A stretch of DNA of 64,000 bases from Nitrospirota bacterium (GTDB lineage Bacteria; Nitrospirota; JACRHJ01). Below are positions 1-9,865 of the stretch, piece after piece (positions within the stretch are counted from its first letter, which is position 1; each line of letters starts with the position of its first letter). The stretch lies in the NCBI GenBank assembly GCA_963845245.1, contig CAWJRJ010000020.1:64001-128000 (forward strand), in the 5' to 3' direction. Position numbers and translations under genes: made by a program. The notes beneath the pieces were generated by a model. That model searched no databases, was not told where the DNA came from, and saw only the letters and a program-made list of their open reading frames with translations.

Positions 1-2
1 GC

Positions 3-437
3 CTTCCGGTGATTGCGAAGCTCTCGCCTAACGTGACGGACGTCGTGCCGTTTGCCGACAAGGCCGCGCATGCAGGCGTGGATGCGCTCTCGCTGATAAA
101 TACACTGGTCGGCATGGCGATCAACATCAATACCAGAAAGCCGCGTATCGCAAACATAACCGGCGGCCTCTCAGGCCCGGCAATAAGGCCGGTGGCCATA
201 CGCATCGTCTGGCAGGTCCACAAGGCAGTCGGCCTACCCATAATCGGGATGGGCGGCATAATGAACGCGGACGACGCGGTCGAGTTCATGCTCGCCGGAG
301 CAACCGCCGTGGCTGTGGGCACTGCCAACTTCGTGAACCCCACCGCTCCGGCTGACATAGTCGAAGGCATAAGCAGTTATCTGGCTTCGAGGAAGATTGA
401 CCATGTTCAGCATATTGTCGGACAGGTGGAAGCTTAA
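3..437 (+). CDS. pyrD: Dihydroorotate dehydrogenase, family 1B catalytic subunit (5'-truncated by window edge)
   Basis: Motifs [43 protein letters not shown]; frame is open to the window start. Confidence 0.93.
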   Translation, partial: LPVIAKLSPNVTDVVPFADKAAHAGVDALSLINTLVGMAININTRKPRIANITGGLSGPAIRPVAIRIVWQVHKAVGLPIIGMGGIMNADDAVEFMLAGATAVAVGTANFVNPTAPADIVEGISSYLASRKIDHVQHIVGQVEA

Positions 438-1816
438 GGTTGCCTGCCTGCTTTTTATAGCGGCGGTTACGACCCCGGCAGCGTCTTATGCGCGGCCCCC
501 GGACCTGACGATATTTTTTTCGAGCGACACCCGTGGTCTGCTTAGAAGGTGCGGCTGCTCCGAAGGCCAGATGGGCGGGCTGTCGGCGCGGGCCGCATAC
601 ATAAAGAAAAATTGGGTCGCCGGAAAAACACTCGTGCTTGACGCCGGTGATACCTTTTTCGACGGGTTGGACGTCCAGGCCGGCCTGTCTGATTTTTATT
701 CGTTGAAGGGCCGTGCTATACTTGATTCCATGCGGCAGGCGGGTTACTCCGCGGCTGCCGTCGGCGAATATGACCTGGCGTTGGGGACCGGTTTTCTGGA
801 CAGGCTCTCCACGACAAGCGCTTTTCCATTCCTGTCGGCCAACATAAAGGCCGCCGGGAGCAACAAAAATGTTTTTAGCCCTGGCCTGATAAAGTCTGTC
901 GGTGGAGTCAAGGTCGCGATAACGGCAGTATTGGACGACGAGTTCCCGTACGGGAGCTTTAAGGGCCGGTTCAAGGAAATTACTGTAACCGACCCGGCCG
1001 CAGCCGCAAAGGTGTTTCTGGGGAAAAGGGGTAACGGAGTAACCCTCAATATAATACTCGCGCACTTAAGCGTTAAGGATTTGCATAAATTTTCCAAATC
1101 CGTGCCCGAGGCTGATATAATAATCGCAGGTCACAGCCAGGATATACTGGAAAAGCCCGAGAAAGAGGGCAACACCATCATAGTCAAGGGCTTCTATAGG
1201 GGCAAACAGATGGGACGCCTCGACCTGTGGCTGAACCGCGACAGACAGGGCAAATTAAAAGCAAAGAAGATCAGTGATTTCAAGTACCAGTTGATAGGCC
1301 TCGACGAGTCACTGCCTCCTGACCCTGATAGTTGAAAAAATAATAGCAAGGTACAGGGAGAACCTGAAGGCCAGGGATTACAGGCCAGCCTGCGCGGAAC
1401 AGGAGGGTGCCGGTACATACGCCGGGGCGTCCAGATGCCGGGCCTGCCACGAAAAGGCATATGTAAACTGGTCTTCTACCGCCCATGCGAGGGCGTATGC
1501 GACGCTGGTAAAGACTGGGGATCAGTACGACCCTGAATGTCTGTCATGCCATACTACCGGATATGGTTACAAGTCCGGGTACAGCTGCGGGAATGACAAA
1601 ATGAAAAACGTCGCCTGTGAAGACTGCCATGGCAAGGGCTCCGGGCATGCCGAGGCAATGGCCAAAGGCGGTTTGGATAATGGTATTATGAAGAAAGAAG
1701 TCGACGAAATAGTGTGTCTAGGCTGCCACGATAACTACAACAGCCCGAATTTCGAGTATGATAAATACATGGAAATGGGCGGCGCGCACATGGGCGCATT
1801 GCCAACATCGCGTTAG
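397..1816 (+). CDS. Secreted UshA/5'-nucleotidase-like metallophosphoesterase domain fused to a tetraheme cytochrome c (c554-like) domain; single +1 frameshift at ~1330
   Basis: Signal-peptide-like N-terminus; SSDTRG..CGC, DAGD, GEYD, LAH, GHS motifs. From 1331 the frame of ORF 1601..1816 is stop-free ([10 protein letters not shown]...) and holds CRACH, CLSCH, CEDCH, CLGCH. Removing one A at 1330 joins the two parts. True start may be ATG 403. Confidence 0.8.
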
Positions 1817-1828
1817 CAGGAGACAATC

Positions 1829-2635
1829 TTGGACTTAAAGAAAAACCTGATCACCTTAACCACCGACTTCGGAAACAAAGACTATTTCACTGGGTCGATG
1901 AAGGGCGTCATACTCGGGATCAACCCGGACGCGAAGTTCGTGGATATATCGCACGAGGTGCAGTCACACGACCTGTGGGGTGCGTCATACCTTCTTGACG
2001 CCGCATCGAGGTTCTTTCCTCAATACACCATCCATGTCGCGGTGGTGGACCCTGGCGTCGGGAGCGAGAGGCGTCCGATCATCGCGGTCACGGACAAACA
2101 TTATTTCATCGCACCCGACAATGGTCTGCTTTCATTCATATACAAAGACCCGGGATTTTCGCGCGTCATACACATAACCGCTGACCACTACTTCCTGCCG
2201 GTGATAGGTTCCACATTTCACGCCCGCGACATCTTTGCGCCTGTCGCCGCCTGGCTGTCAAAAGGGGTGGAAGCAGACAAGTTCGGGGAAGAGATAACGG
2301 ATTTCAACCGCTTTGGCATACCCTCGCCCAGAACCGAGAGCAACTCCCTCACCGGAGAAGTGGTATACATAGACAAGTTCGGCAACTGTATTACGAACAT
2401 AGCTTTTGAGGACATCAGGCAGTTTGTCGAAAAAACCGGGACCGAGACGTACCGGATGACGTTCAAAGAAAAAGTTGTGGAATCGCTTTCACCTTATTAC
2501 TCCTCCCTGAAAAAGGGTGAGTCCGGCATTGTCGTGAACGGCAATGGTTACCTTGAGATCTATGTGAACCAGGGTGACGCAAGGCGGATGCTCGAACTTA
2601 AAAGGGGAGAAAAAATACAGGTTAATTTCGGATAA
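1829..2635 (+). CDS. DUF62 / SAM hydroxide adenosyltransferase (chlorinase-fluorinase superfamily)
   Basis: ITLTTDFG, VVDPGVGSERR, APDNGLL, TFHARDIFAP, YIDKFGN; AGGAG RBS before a TTG start. Confidence 0.9.
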   Translation: MDLKKNLITLTTDFGNKDYFTGSMKGVILGINPDAKFVDISHEVQSHDLWGASYLLDAASRFFPQYTIHVAVVDPGVGSERRPIIAVTDKHYFIAPDNGLLSFIYKDPGFSRVIHITADHYFLPVIGSTFHARDIFAPVAAWLSKGVEADKFGEEITDFNRFGIPSPRTESNSLTGEVVYIDKFGNCITNIAFEDIRQFVEKTGTETYRMTFKEKVVESLSPYYSSLKKGESGIVVNGNGYLEIYVNQGDARRMLELKRGEKIQVNFG

Positions 2636-2660
2636 AATACCCCCGACCGGAGGCCACACC

Positions 2661-3029
2661 ATGGCAGCAAAAAAGATTTTGGTTGTAGACGACGAAATGC
2701 ACATCCTGAGGATAGTCAAGTACAAGCTGGAATCTGCAGGCTACCAGGTGCTCACCGCGTTGAACGGGACCGAAGCGCTCCAGATCGCAAGGGATGAGAA
2801 ACCCTCCCTGATATTCCTCGACATCATGATGCCGGGAATTAACGGATATGAGGTTTGTTCCGAACTGAAAAACGACCCGGCCACCCGCGACATCATTATC
2901 ATTATGCTTACCGCAAAGGGGCAGGAGTCGGACAAGATAAAGGGGCTTGAGGTGGGAGTGGACGAGTATATCACAAAGCCGTTCAGCCCACAGGACCTCC
3001 TTGACAGGACGAAGGACCTGCTTGGCTGA
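2661..3029 (+). CDS. Single-domain response regulator (receiver only)
   Basis: ILVVDDE, LDIMMP (phospho-Asp), LTAK, KPF; GGAGG RBS upstream of ATG 2661. Confidence 0.92.
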   Translation: MAAKKILVVDDEMHILRIVKYKLESAGYQVLTALNGTEALQIARDEKPSLIFLDIMMPGINGYEVCSELKNDPATRDIIIIMLTAKGQESDKIKGLEVGVDEYITKPFSPQDLLDRTKDLLG

Positions 3030-3036
3030 TTTTGCA

Positions 3037-4362
3037 ATGAGAAGTTACAAGATACTGACCTTTGGCTGCCAGATGAACGAGCACGACACCGAGAAGATGT
3101 CAGGGCTGCTTCGCGGCGAAGGTTTCAGGCAGGCAGACTCCCTTGAGGAAGCGGACCTTGTCCTGCTTAACACCTGCAGCATAAGGGAGAAGGCCGAGCA
3201 GAAGTTTTACAGCGAGTTAGGCAAGCTCAGGGAACTGAAGAAGGAAAACCCCTCCCTGATGATAGCGGTATCCGGCTGCATCGCGCAGCAGGAAGGCGCA
3301 AAGATACTAAAGAAGGCCCCGTTCGTCGACCTCGTCTTCGGAAACCAGAACCTCAAAGACCTCCCCGGACTCATCACACAGAGACAAAACGGAATACGTC
3401 TCGCAAGCACAGAGTTTACAGACGGCTACGAGCATTCGGCCCTTCCTGAAAGCAGGCTTGACGGCGTTTCGGCATTCGTCAACATCATGTACGGATGCGA
3501 CAACTTCTGCAGCTATTGCGTGGTGCCATATGTGCGCGGGCGCGAGCGTAGCAGGAAAGCGGAAGACATATTATCTGAAATACGCGGCCTCGTCGGGAAG
3601 GGGTGCCGAGAGGTGACGCTGCTTGGCCAGAACGTGAACTCCTATGGCAAGGGACTTCCCGGTGCAGACGCGTGCAGCTTCCCCGAGTTGCTTGAAAAAG
3701 TAAACGCTATAGACGGGCTCTTGCGTGTAAGGTTTGTCACGTCGCACCCGAAAGACCTATCCGACGAACTGGTAGCTACAATGGCATCACTCCCCAAGGT
3801 CTGTGAGAACATCCACCTCCCGATTCAGTCGGCCTCGGACAGCGTTCTGAAGGCCATGAACCGCAAATACACCTTCGCATCATACATGGAAAAGCTTGGC
3901 AAGCTCAAGGCGGCCATGCCGGACATCTCGCTTTCGACGGATATCATAGTTGGTTTCCCCGGCGAGACGGACGAGGAATATCAACAGACGTACAAGGCGC
4001 TTGAAGACATAGGTTATGACAGCATATTCTCTTTCAAATATTCCAAGAGGCCCAATACCGCGGCCCTTAAGCTGATAGATCATGTTCCCGAGGATATCAA
4101 GGCGGAGCGTCTGGAAACCGTGATACAGCTCCAGAACCGGATCACCGTTGAGAAGAACCTTTCGAGAGTGGGGAAGGTCGAAGAGGTATTGGTGGAAGGG
4201 CCGGACAAGTCCGGTCTGCCGGGGCGCGTTAGCGGCAAGAGCAGGGGCGGAAAAATAGTTAACTTCGAAGGCGACACGTCACTTGTTGGCAGCCTTGTGA
4301 AAGTTAAGATTACCGAAGGCAAAAAGCACTCGCTGATAGGGGAGCTAATTACTTCAACTTAG
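3037..4362 (+). CDS. miaB: tRNA i6A37 methylthiotransferase MiaB
   Basis: TFGCQMNEHD, NTCSIREKAE, GCDNFCSYC radical SAM motif, RFVTSHP, C-terminal TRAM domain. Confidence 0.95.
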   Translation: MRSYKILTFGCQMNEHDTEKMSGLLRGEGFRQADSLEEADLVLLNTCSIREKAEQKFYSELGKLRELKKENPSLMIAVSGCIAQQEGAKILKKAPFVDLVFGNQNLKDLPGLITQRQNGIRLASTEFTDGYEHSALPESRLDGVSAFVNIMYGCDNFCSYCVVPYVRGRERSRKAEDILSEIRGLVGKGCREVTLLGQNVNSYGKGLPGADACSFPELLEKVNAIDGLLRVRFVTSHPKDLSDELVATMASLPKVCENIHLPIQSASDSVLKAMNRKYTFASYMEKLGKLKAAMPDISLSTDIIVGFPGETDEEYQQTYKALEDIGYDSIFSFKYSKRPNTAALKLIDHVPEDIKAERLETVIQLQNRITVEKNLSRVGKVEEVLVEGPDKSGLPGRVSGKSRGGKIVNFEGDTSLVGSLVKVKITEGKKHSLIGELITST

Positions 4363-4372
4363 GGGGCCTTCA

Positions 4373-5377
4373 GTGAAAATCATTAGAAGCTCTTTTATCA
4401 TTTTTATTTTCTTGATTATCGCATCCCCATGTTTTGCCAAAGTTACCGGGTCTATATTATTTGTTCGCGACGGGGACTTATGGAAATACAGTTGTAAAAG
4501 TAAAAAGGAAGTGCTGTTTATAAAGAAAGCTACAAAGCCAGCCTGTTCCAGGGACGGAAAGAAACTCGCGTTTGTTAGGGACGGCAATATCTGGACTTCC
4601 GACATTACCGGGGAAAATCAGAAAGAAATATCAACGTTCAAGACTGATAATGATTTAGATTCTTTGGAATGGTTCCCTTCTGGCGATAAAATATTATTCT
4701 CCCGCTCCGAAGAATACCAAATAAGTTATACAGGCGACGACCGAAAGCTAAACTGGCCTCCAAATGAAATTGAAGGAAGGTCAAGCGGGCTCGTGACCCG
4801 GAGTATATGGATACTCTCGCTGAATGACCGCTCAATTATTAAATTTATAGGCCATACACCCGGTAGCATGTTTGATAGTATTAAGTTTACCGAGGTCGAT
4901 TCACCAAAATGGCATCCCGATCCAAAGAAGATGCTGCTGATTTTCGCACGGGGTGGCGATATATGGAGTGCCTCAATGGGAACAGATGGCTTGGTCGAGT
5001 TGGATAAAGAAGAGCGTAGGCTGGCTCCTGTTGCCACACTTTACGACCATTATGGAGCCTCCCCTGCAACCTATGTTGCAGACCATCTGTCATGGTCCCC
5101 AAAGGGGAAATGGATTCTTTATGAAATTCATAGGCATAATGGAAGTGGTACAGGAGATATATACGAGCTTTCAGCAAACGGAAAAATAAATAGAAAACTG
5201 TATTCAACAGATAATGATTGTTATCCTGTTTACTCTCCGGATGGGGAACAGATTGCTTTTATAGATAATAACAACGGCGGTAATCTCTGTATCATTGACA
5301 GGAAAAAACATAAACTGAAGTTGCTACATAATTTAATAATTGGTATAGACCGCTTCATATGGCTCAAAGGCAATTAG
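4373..5377 (+). CDS. Secreted TolB-like PD40 beta-propeller protein
   Basis: Signal peptide (CFA/K); repeats SRDGKKLAF, WFPSGDKILF, WSPKGKWILY, YSPDGEQIAF; visibly AT-richer than flanks. Confidence 0.75.
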   Translation: MKIIRSSFIIFIFLIIASPCFAKVTGSILFVRDGDLWKYSCKSKKEVLFIKKATKPACSRDGKKLAFVRDGNIWTSDITGENQKEISTFKTDNDLDSLEWFPSGDKILFSRSEEYQISYTGDDRKLNWPPNEIEGRSSGLVTRSIWILSLNDRSIIKFIGHTPGSMFDSIKFTEVDSPKWHPDPKKMLLIFARGGDIWSASMGTDGLVELDKEERRLAPVATLYDHYGASPATYVADHLSWSPKGKWILYEIHRHNGSGTGDIYELSANGKINRKLYSTDNDCYPVYSPDGEQIAFIDNNNGGNLCIIDRKKHKLKLLHNLIIGIDRFIWLKGN

Positions 5378-5381
5378 AAGA

Positions 5382-6631
5382 ATGAAGGTTTCCATACAAA
5401 GCCTCGGCTGCAAGATAAACCAGTTCGACTCCGGCGCGCTAAAGGAACGGCTTCTCTCAGGCGGCGCGTGCATTGCATCCGACGGCGAACAGCCGGACGT
5501 AAGCGTGATATTCACCTGCACCGTCACGAACAAGAGCGACTACCAGTGCAGGCAGGTTATTAGAAAGGCTGTACAGAACAAGCCGGAAGGCGGACGCGTG
5601 GTAGTTGCGGGCTGTTATGCGCAGACGAACCCGGACGAGATCGCTAAGATACCCGGCGTGGACATTGTGGTCGGAAACGACGGCAAGGACACGCTGCACG
5701 AGATTATACTGGGCAGTATCGGCAAGGGTTCGGACGAGGCCTTCTCCGCACAGGCGCTCGATGGCCGCTCCCGGGCATTCCTAAAGGTGCAGGAGGGATG
5801 CGAATCTTTTTGCAGCTACTGCATAGTGCCGTATGCTCGTGGCAAGTCCCGAAGCGCGGGCATGGACGACATAATCGGGCATGCCGACCGGCTGATAGAA
5901 CGCGGTTACCACGAGATAGTCCTGACCGGCGTACATCTGGGTATGTACGGCAAGGAAAGAGGGGAGACCCTGTCCGGTCTGGTGAGCAGAATGCTTGAAC
6001 GGCCCGGCCTCGGCCGCCTGAGGCTCAGCTCCATCGAACCGATGGAGATAGACGAGGCGCTGATGGAGCTGATGGGTTCGGAGAAGCTTTGCAGGCACTT
6101 CCACATTCCGCTCCAGAGCGGCACGGACTCCGTTCTTGAATCCATGGGGCGCGGCTATTCGGCAGTACAATATTTTGGTCTTATAGAGAAGATTGCGGCG
6201 AAGGTCCCCGGCGCATGCATCGGTGCGGACGTGATAGTCGGCTACCCGGTCGAGGACGAGGCCGCTTTCAATGAGACATACGAGCGGATTAAAGACTCCC
6301 CGCTCAACCACCTGCATGTCTTCTCTTACTCGCCCAGGACCGGCACGCGCGCCTTTGCTTTCGGCGACCCGATAAAGGGAGATATAAAGAAACAGCGAGC
6401 CGGGCGCTTCGTGAGCTTGCCGCTTCGAAGAACCTGGAGTTCAGAAAAGGGTTCCTCGGCAAGGTCATGCCGGTGGTGGTGGAAGAGGAAGAGTGTGACG
6501 GAACGGCGTCCGGGCTATCGGACAATTATATAAGGGTGAATTTTGGTGCGGATGGGTTGAGGCGCAAGTCAGCCGTACTGGTGAAGATCAACGAAATAAC
6601 TGACGGCATATGCAAAGGTTCGGTGGTGTAA
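5382..6631 (+). CDS. mtaB: tRNA t6A37 methylthiotransferase MtaB; frameshift at ~6400
   Basis: SLGCKINQFD, TCTVT, RAFLKVQEGCESFCSYC, RLRLSSIEP. The conserved tail (ALRELA...GLSDNYIRV) continues in another frame to TAA 6629-6631. Confidence 0.9.
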
Positions 6632-7636
6632 TGACAAAGGCTTTGGCTCTTTTTTCAGGCGGGCTTGACAGCATGCTGGCCGCGAGGCTGGTGATGGAGC
6701 AGGGTGTGGATGTGACCGCCCTCAATTTTATAAGCCCGTTCTTTGGTGTAGGGAAAAAGGGACGCGAGGACGAGGCAGCCGCAGACTTTTTCAGGAAGTA
6801 CGGCATAAAGAGCCTGGTTATAGACATTTCCGATGAATATGTGGAGATGATCAGGAACCCGCGTTACGGGTACGGGAAGAACTTCAACCCCTGCATAGAC
6901 TGCAAGATATTCATGATGAAGAAGGCAAAGACCATCATGCAGGAGGAGGGCTACGACTTCATAGTGTCGGGCGAGGTGCTGGGCCAGAGGCCCATGTCGC
7001 AGAGACGGGACGCCCTGCGGATAATCGAACGGGACTCCGGGCTTGACAATTATCTCCTGAGGCCGCTTTGCGCAAAGCTTCTGAAGCCCACACACCCCGA
7101 GGAGCACGGACTGATCGACCGGGAAAAGCTTATGGACATCTCGGGCCGTGCCCGCCGGAGGCAGATGGAGCTTGCGGAGCATTTTGGTATATCGGATTAC
7201 GAGACACCCTGCGGGCGGTTGCCTTCTGACCGACCCGATAATATCCGTAAGGATAGAGAAGCTTTTGAAGCAGAACAAAGAGGTGGAACCCGAAGACGTG
7301 AGGCTGCTTGCGGTAGGCAGGCATTTTACACTTCCCGGCGGAATGCTCTACGTCGGGCGGAACATCGAGGACAACAGGCGGATATCCGAACTTGTAAGGG
7401 ACGGAGACTATACCCTTAAGGCCATGGTTGTGCCCGGACCTCTTGTACTTTACAGGGGCGTGCCGGATGTCGGCGGACCTTGAACTTGCCGCGCGCATCG
7501 CTGCACGCTACTCCGATGCCAAGACGCTGAAGTCTGTAAAGGTGTAGCGTTCGCGTTAAAGATGGGGACGAGAAAATTGTGGACGTAAATCCGATTGACG
7601 GATGTGGAACTCGAACCGATGCGGACAATATATTAG
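6631..7636 (+). CDS. PP-loop tRNA sulfurtransferase-like protein (ThiI/MnmA-related, no THUMP domain seen); several frameshifts (~7210, ~7480, ~7545, ~7600)
   Basis: ALFSGGLDS PP-loop, NPCIDCK, GEVLGQRPMSQ; PAGGCLLTDP and GRHF..VGRN continue in ORF 7148..7483. Confidence 0.7.
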
Positions 7637-7665
7637 TTGAATAATTCAGGAATATTGGATATAGT
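7637..7665 (+). promoter_or_regulatory. Putative sigma70 promoter for dodecin-lipoprotein
   Basis: TTGAAT-N17-TATAGT, ~45 bp upstream of the dodecin ATG. Confidence 0.5.
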
Positions 7666-7708
7666 TTAAATACATTTCAGCGGTTTAACCTTTAACCAGG
7701 AGGGTATT

Positions 7709-7909
7709 ATGGCCGTAGCAAAGGTATTAGAGATAGTAGCCTCATCTACCAAAAGCTGGGACGACGCCGTAAAGCAGGGACTGGAAAGGGCCAACAAGAC
7801 GCTAAAAGGCATAACCGGCCTTGAGATACTCTCCAAAAAGGCAAAAATCGAAAAAGGGAAGATTCTTGAATACAGGGTACACCTCGGCATAACTTTTATA
7901 CTGGAGTAA
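7709..7909 (+). CDS. Dodecin family flavin-binding protein
   Basis: 66 aa, KVLEIVASSTKSWDDAV..A.KTL...I.EYRV; AGGAGG RBS. Confidence 0.88.
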   Translation: MAVAKVLEIVASSTKSWDDAVKQGLERANKTLKGITGLEILSKKAKIEKGKILEYRVHLGITFILE

Positions 7910-7910
7910 C

Positions 7911-8594
7911 ATGTCTATTAGAACTTTGGTATTTACTATTTTTGCAGTATTCCTTCTTGCCGCATCCGGCTGTTCTTCCACCAGGATGAACCTCGCATAT
8001 GACGCATCTCGTGGTGAGGTAAAAAGGATATCAAGGCCGGTTACCGCCACGCTCATTCCTGTTGTTGATGCCCGTGAAGGCATCAAGACTTACCCAAAAC
8101 AGGTGATAGTGCAAAAGTCTTATGGAGGAGACCTGACCTATGAGATCAACGACAGGACCGTGGACGACGTCTTTACTGATGCCTTGACGCAGGAGCTGAA
8201 AAGAATGGGACTTGACGTTGTTTCCGCGCCCGGCATAGCTGGCCCGCTTGACAGGGATTCAGCCGATAATGTCAGGAAACAGCTCATTTCCAGGTATCCG
8301 GATGTCAGGCTAGCCTTTGGAGCGAAAATTACAGACTTCATTGCCGAATCCAAGAGGGAGGTTGTTACCACAGATGTTGACCTTAAAGCTGCGCTTCAGT
8401 TTTATATCCTTGATGTAAAGACAGGAGAGCTGCTATGGTCTGACTCCAGGTCGGATTGGAGCAATACTGTGGCTTCCGCAGACCGCGACTACATGGTGGA
8501 GCAACTAAATCAGGCCCTCTCAAGCCTGATTCACAAAACAGTCCGGGATAATGCGTCCCTTCGCGAACTCCTTGTAAAGATTTCAAACCGTTAG
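7911..8594 (+). CDS. Lipoprotein (YajG-like), function unknown
   Basis: Lipobox LAASGC after a hydrophobic stretch; V.D.R motif; 1-bp gap to dodecin. Confidence 0.65.
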   Translation: MSIRTLVFTIFAVFLLAASGCSSTRMNLAYDASRGEVKRISRPVTATLIPVVDAREGIKTYPKQVIVQKSYGGDLTYEINDRTVDDVFTDALTQELKRMGLDVVSAPGIAGPLDRDSADNVRKQLISRYPDVRLAFGAKITDFIAESKREVVTTDVDLKAALQFYILDVKTGELLWSDSRSDWSNTVASADRDYMVEQLNQALSSLIHKTVRDNASLRELLVKISNR

Positions 8595-8655
8595 TGGTCC
8601 AAGTTCCTCAATTGTCATAATATTGACGAAATTCCCTATACGACAAATTTAATAA

Positions 8656-8688
8656 GAAAAAGCTGCCTAATACTTAGGCAGCTTTTTC
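8656..8688. terminator. Bidirectional intrinsic terminator between convergent gene runs
   Basis: Perfect 15-bp inverted repeat GAAAAAGCTGCCTAA-tac-TTAGGCAGCTTTTTC with A/T tracts on both sides. Confidence 0.8.
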
Positions 8689-8729
8689 CGGTTGTTATCA
8701 CAATAGGGGTTTCGGTAGAATTAACAGGG

Positions 8730-8782
8730 TTACGCACAGGTTTTCCACAAAAAATGTGGATTGGTGTGCTAACTTGTCGATA
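8730..8782. promoter_or_regulatory. Cluster of three DnaA-box-like 9-mers plus an IHF-like site
   Basis: TTACGCACA (8730-8738), GG, TTTTCCACA (8741-8749), AAAAA, inverted TGTGGATTG (8755-8763); minus-strand TATCGACAAGTTA (8770-8782) has 1 mismatch to WATCAANNNNTTR. Confidence 0.55.
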
Positions 8783-8806
8783 TATTAAAGGTTTTTGATA
8801 TTAATT

Positions 8807-9865
8807 TCAAAAAGCCTTAATAATTGTATATTTAGTGTCTCGCTGAGCGGGGGTAAATCCGGCATCTTTTATCAAAAAAATGATATCTTCAAGCTCCATA
8901 CTGTTTTTTACGCCTGTTGCAGCCACAACGTTTTCTTCGAGCATTGTACTCCCGAAATCGTTTGCTCCGAACCTTAAAGAGACCTGGGCAAGTGCTGAAC
9001 CTTGCGTAACCCATGATGCTTGAATGTTTTGGAAATTATCAAGAAATATTCTTGAGAAAGCAAGCACGCGAAGGTATTCAAGCCCCGTTGCAGTCTCGCC
9101 ACCCAGTTCGGTGTTCCCGGGCTGGTAGGTCCACGGGATGAAGGCGGTAAAGCCATGGTGGACGTCCTGTATTCCGCGAAGGCGGTATAGGTGCTCTACT
9201 ATATCCTTCTGGGTTTCAATGCTGCCGAACATCATCGTCGCCGTGGTGGGCATCCCCAGTTCCTGGGCAAGCAGCATTACCTCTTTCCAACCCTCGTAGC
9301 CTATCTTTTTGGGGCTTACCGAGCCACGTACGTTGTCAACCAGGATCTCGGCTCCGCCACCCGGAATGGAGTCTAGCCCGCTTGCCATAAGGCGTTCGAG
9401 CGTGTTTCTGAGGCCCAGGCCCGAAACAGTTGAAATATGTTTGACCTCGGCCGGCGAGAGGCCGTGGATATTAATCCTGAACTTCTTTTTAATGCCCGAG
9501 AAGAGTTTCTCGTAGTATTCTATGCCTAGTCCGGGATGCAGGCCACCCTGTATTAGTATCTGCGTGCCACCGAGTTCCAGGGTTTCGCGTATCTTTTTGT
9601 GGATCTCCTTATCAGGAAGGAGATAGGCCTCCGGGTCGTCCTCTTTGCGGTAAAAGGCGCAGAACTTACACTGGTTGATGCATATGTTGGTGTAGTTGAT
9701 ATTTCGGTCAACCACGAATGTGACGACCTTTTCAGGATGGAGTCTGCTCCTGAACTCATCTGCCGCCCTGCCCAGGGACAGGATGTCTGCTTCCGAGAAC
9801 AGCTTCAGGCCTTCTACTTTGGTAAGGCGCTTTCCCTGTTGAACCTTTTTAAATATCTCTTTCAA
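8807..9865 (-). CDS. mqnC: Cyclic dehypoxanthinyl futalosine synthase (radical SAM)
   Basis: VTFVVDRNINYTNIC..CKFCAF, QGGLHP, GGGAEIL, QASWVTQG, GANDFGSTMLEENVV. Confidence 0.92.
   Translation of the reverse strand: MKEIFKKVQQGKRLTKVEGLKLFSEADILSLGRAADEFRSRLHPEKVVTFVVDRNINYTNICINQCKFCAFYRKEDDPEAYLLPDKEIHKKIRETLELGGTQILIQGGLHPGLGIEYYEKLFSGIKKKFRINIHGLSPAEVKHISTVSGLGLRNTLERLMASGLDSIPGGGAEILVDNVRGSVSPKKIGYEGWKEVMLLAQELGMPTTATMMFGSIETQKDIVEHLYRLRGIQDVHHGFTAFIPWTYQPGNTELGGETATGLEYLRVLAFSRIFLDNFQNIQASWVTQGSALAQVSLRFGANDFGSTMLEENVVAATGVKNSMELEDIIFLIKDAGFTPAQRDTKYTIIKAF

Noticed and set aside
1333..1335. TGA ending the UshA-like ORF as a selenocysteine codon
   Set aside because: In-frame readthrough gives no recognisable sequence; the heme motifs are in the +1 frame, and the CxC motif is encoded by TGC codons.
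1829..2635. True fluorinase or chlorinase
   Set aside because: TFH motif and housekeeping context fit the hydrolase branch.
8595..8806. oriC
   Set aside because: Only three boxes, flanking genes converge, no dnaA/dnaN/gidA/parAB nearby, and dif is 3.4 kb away.
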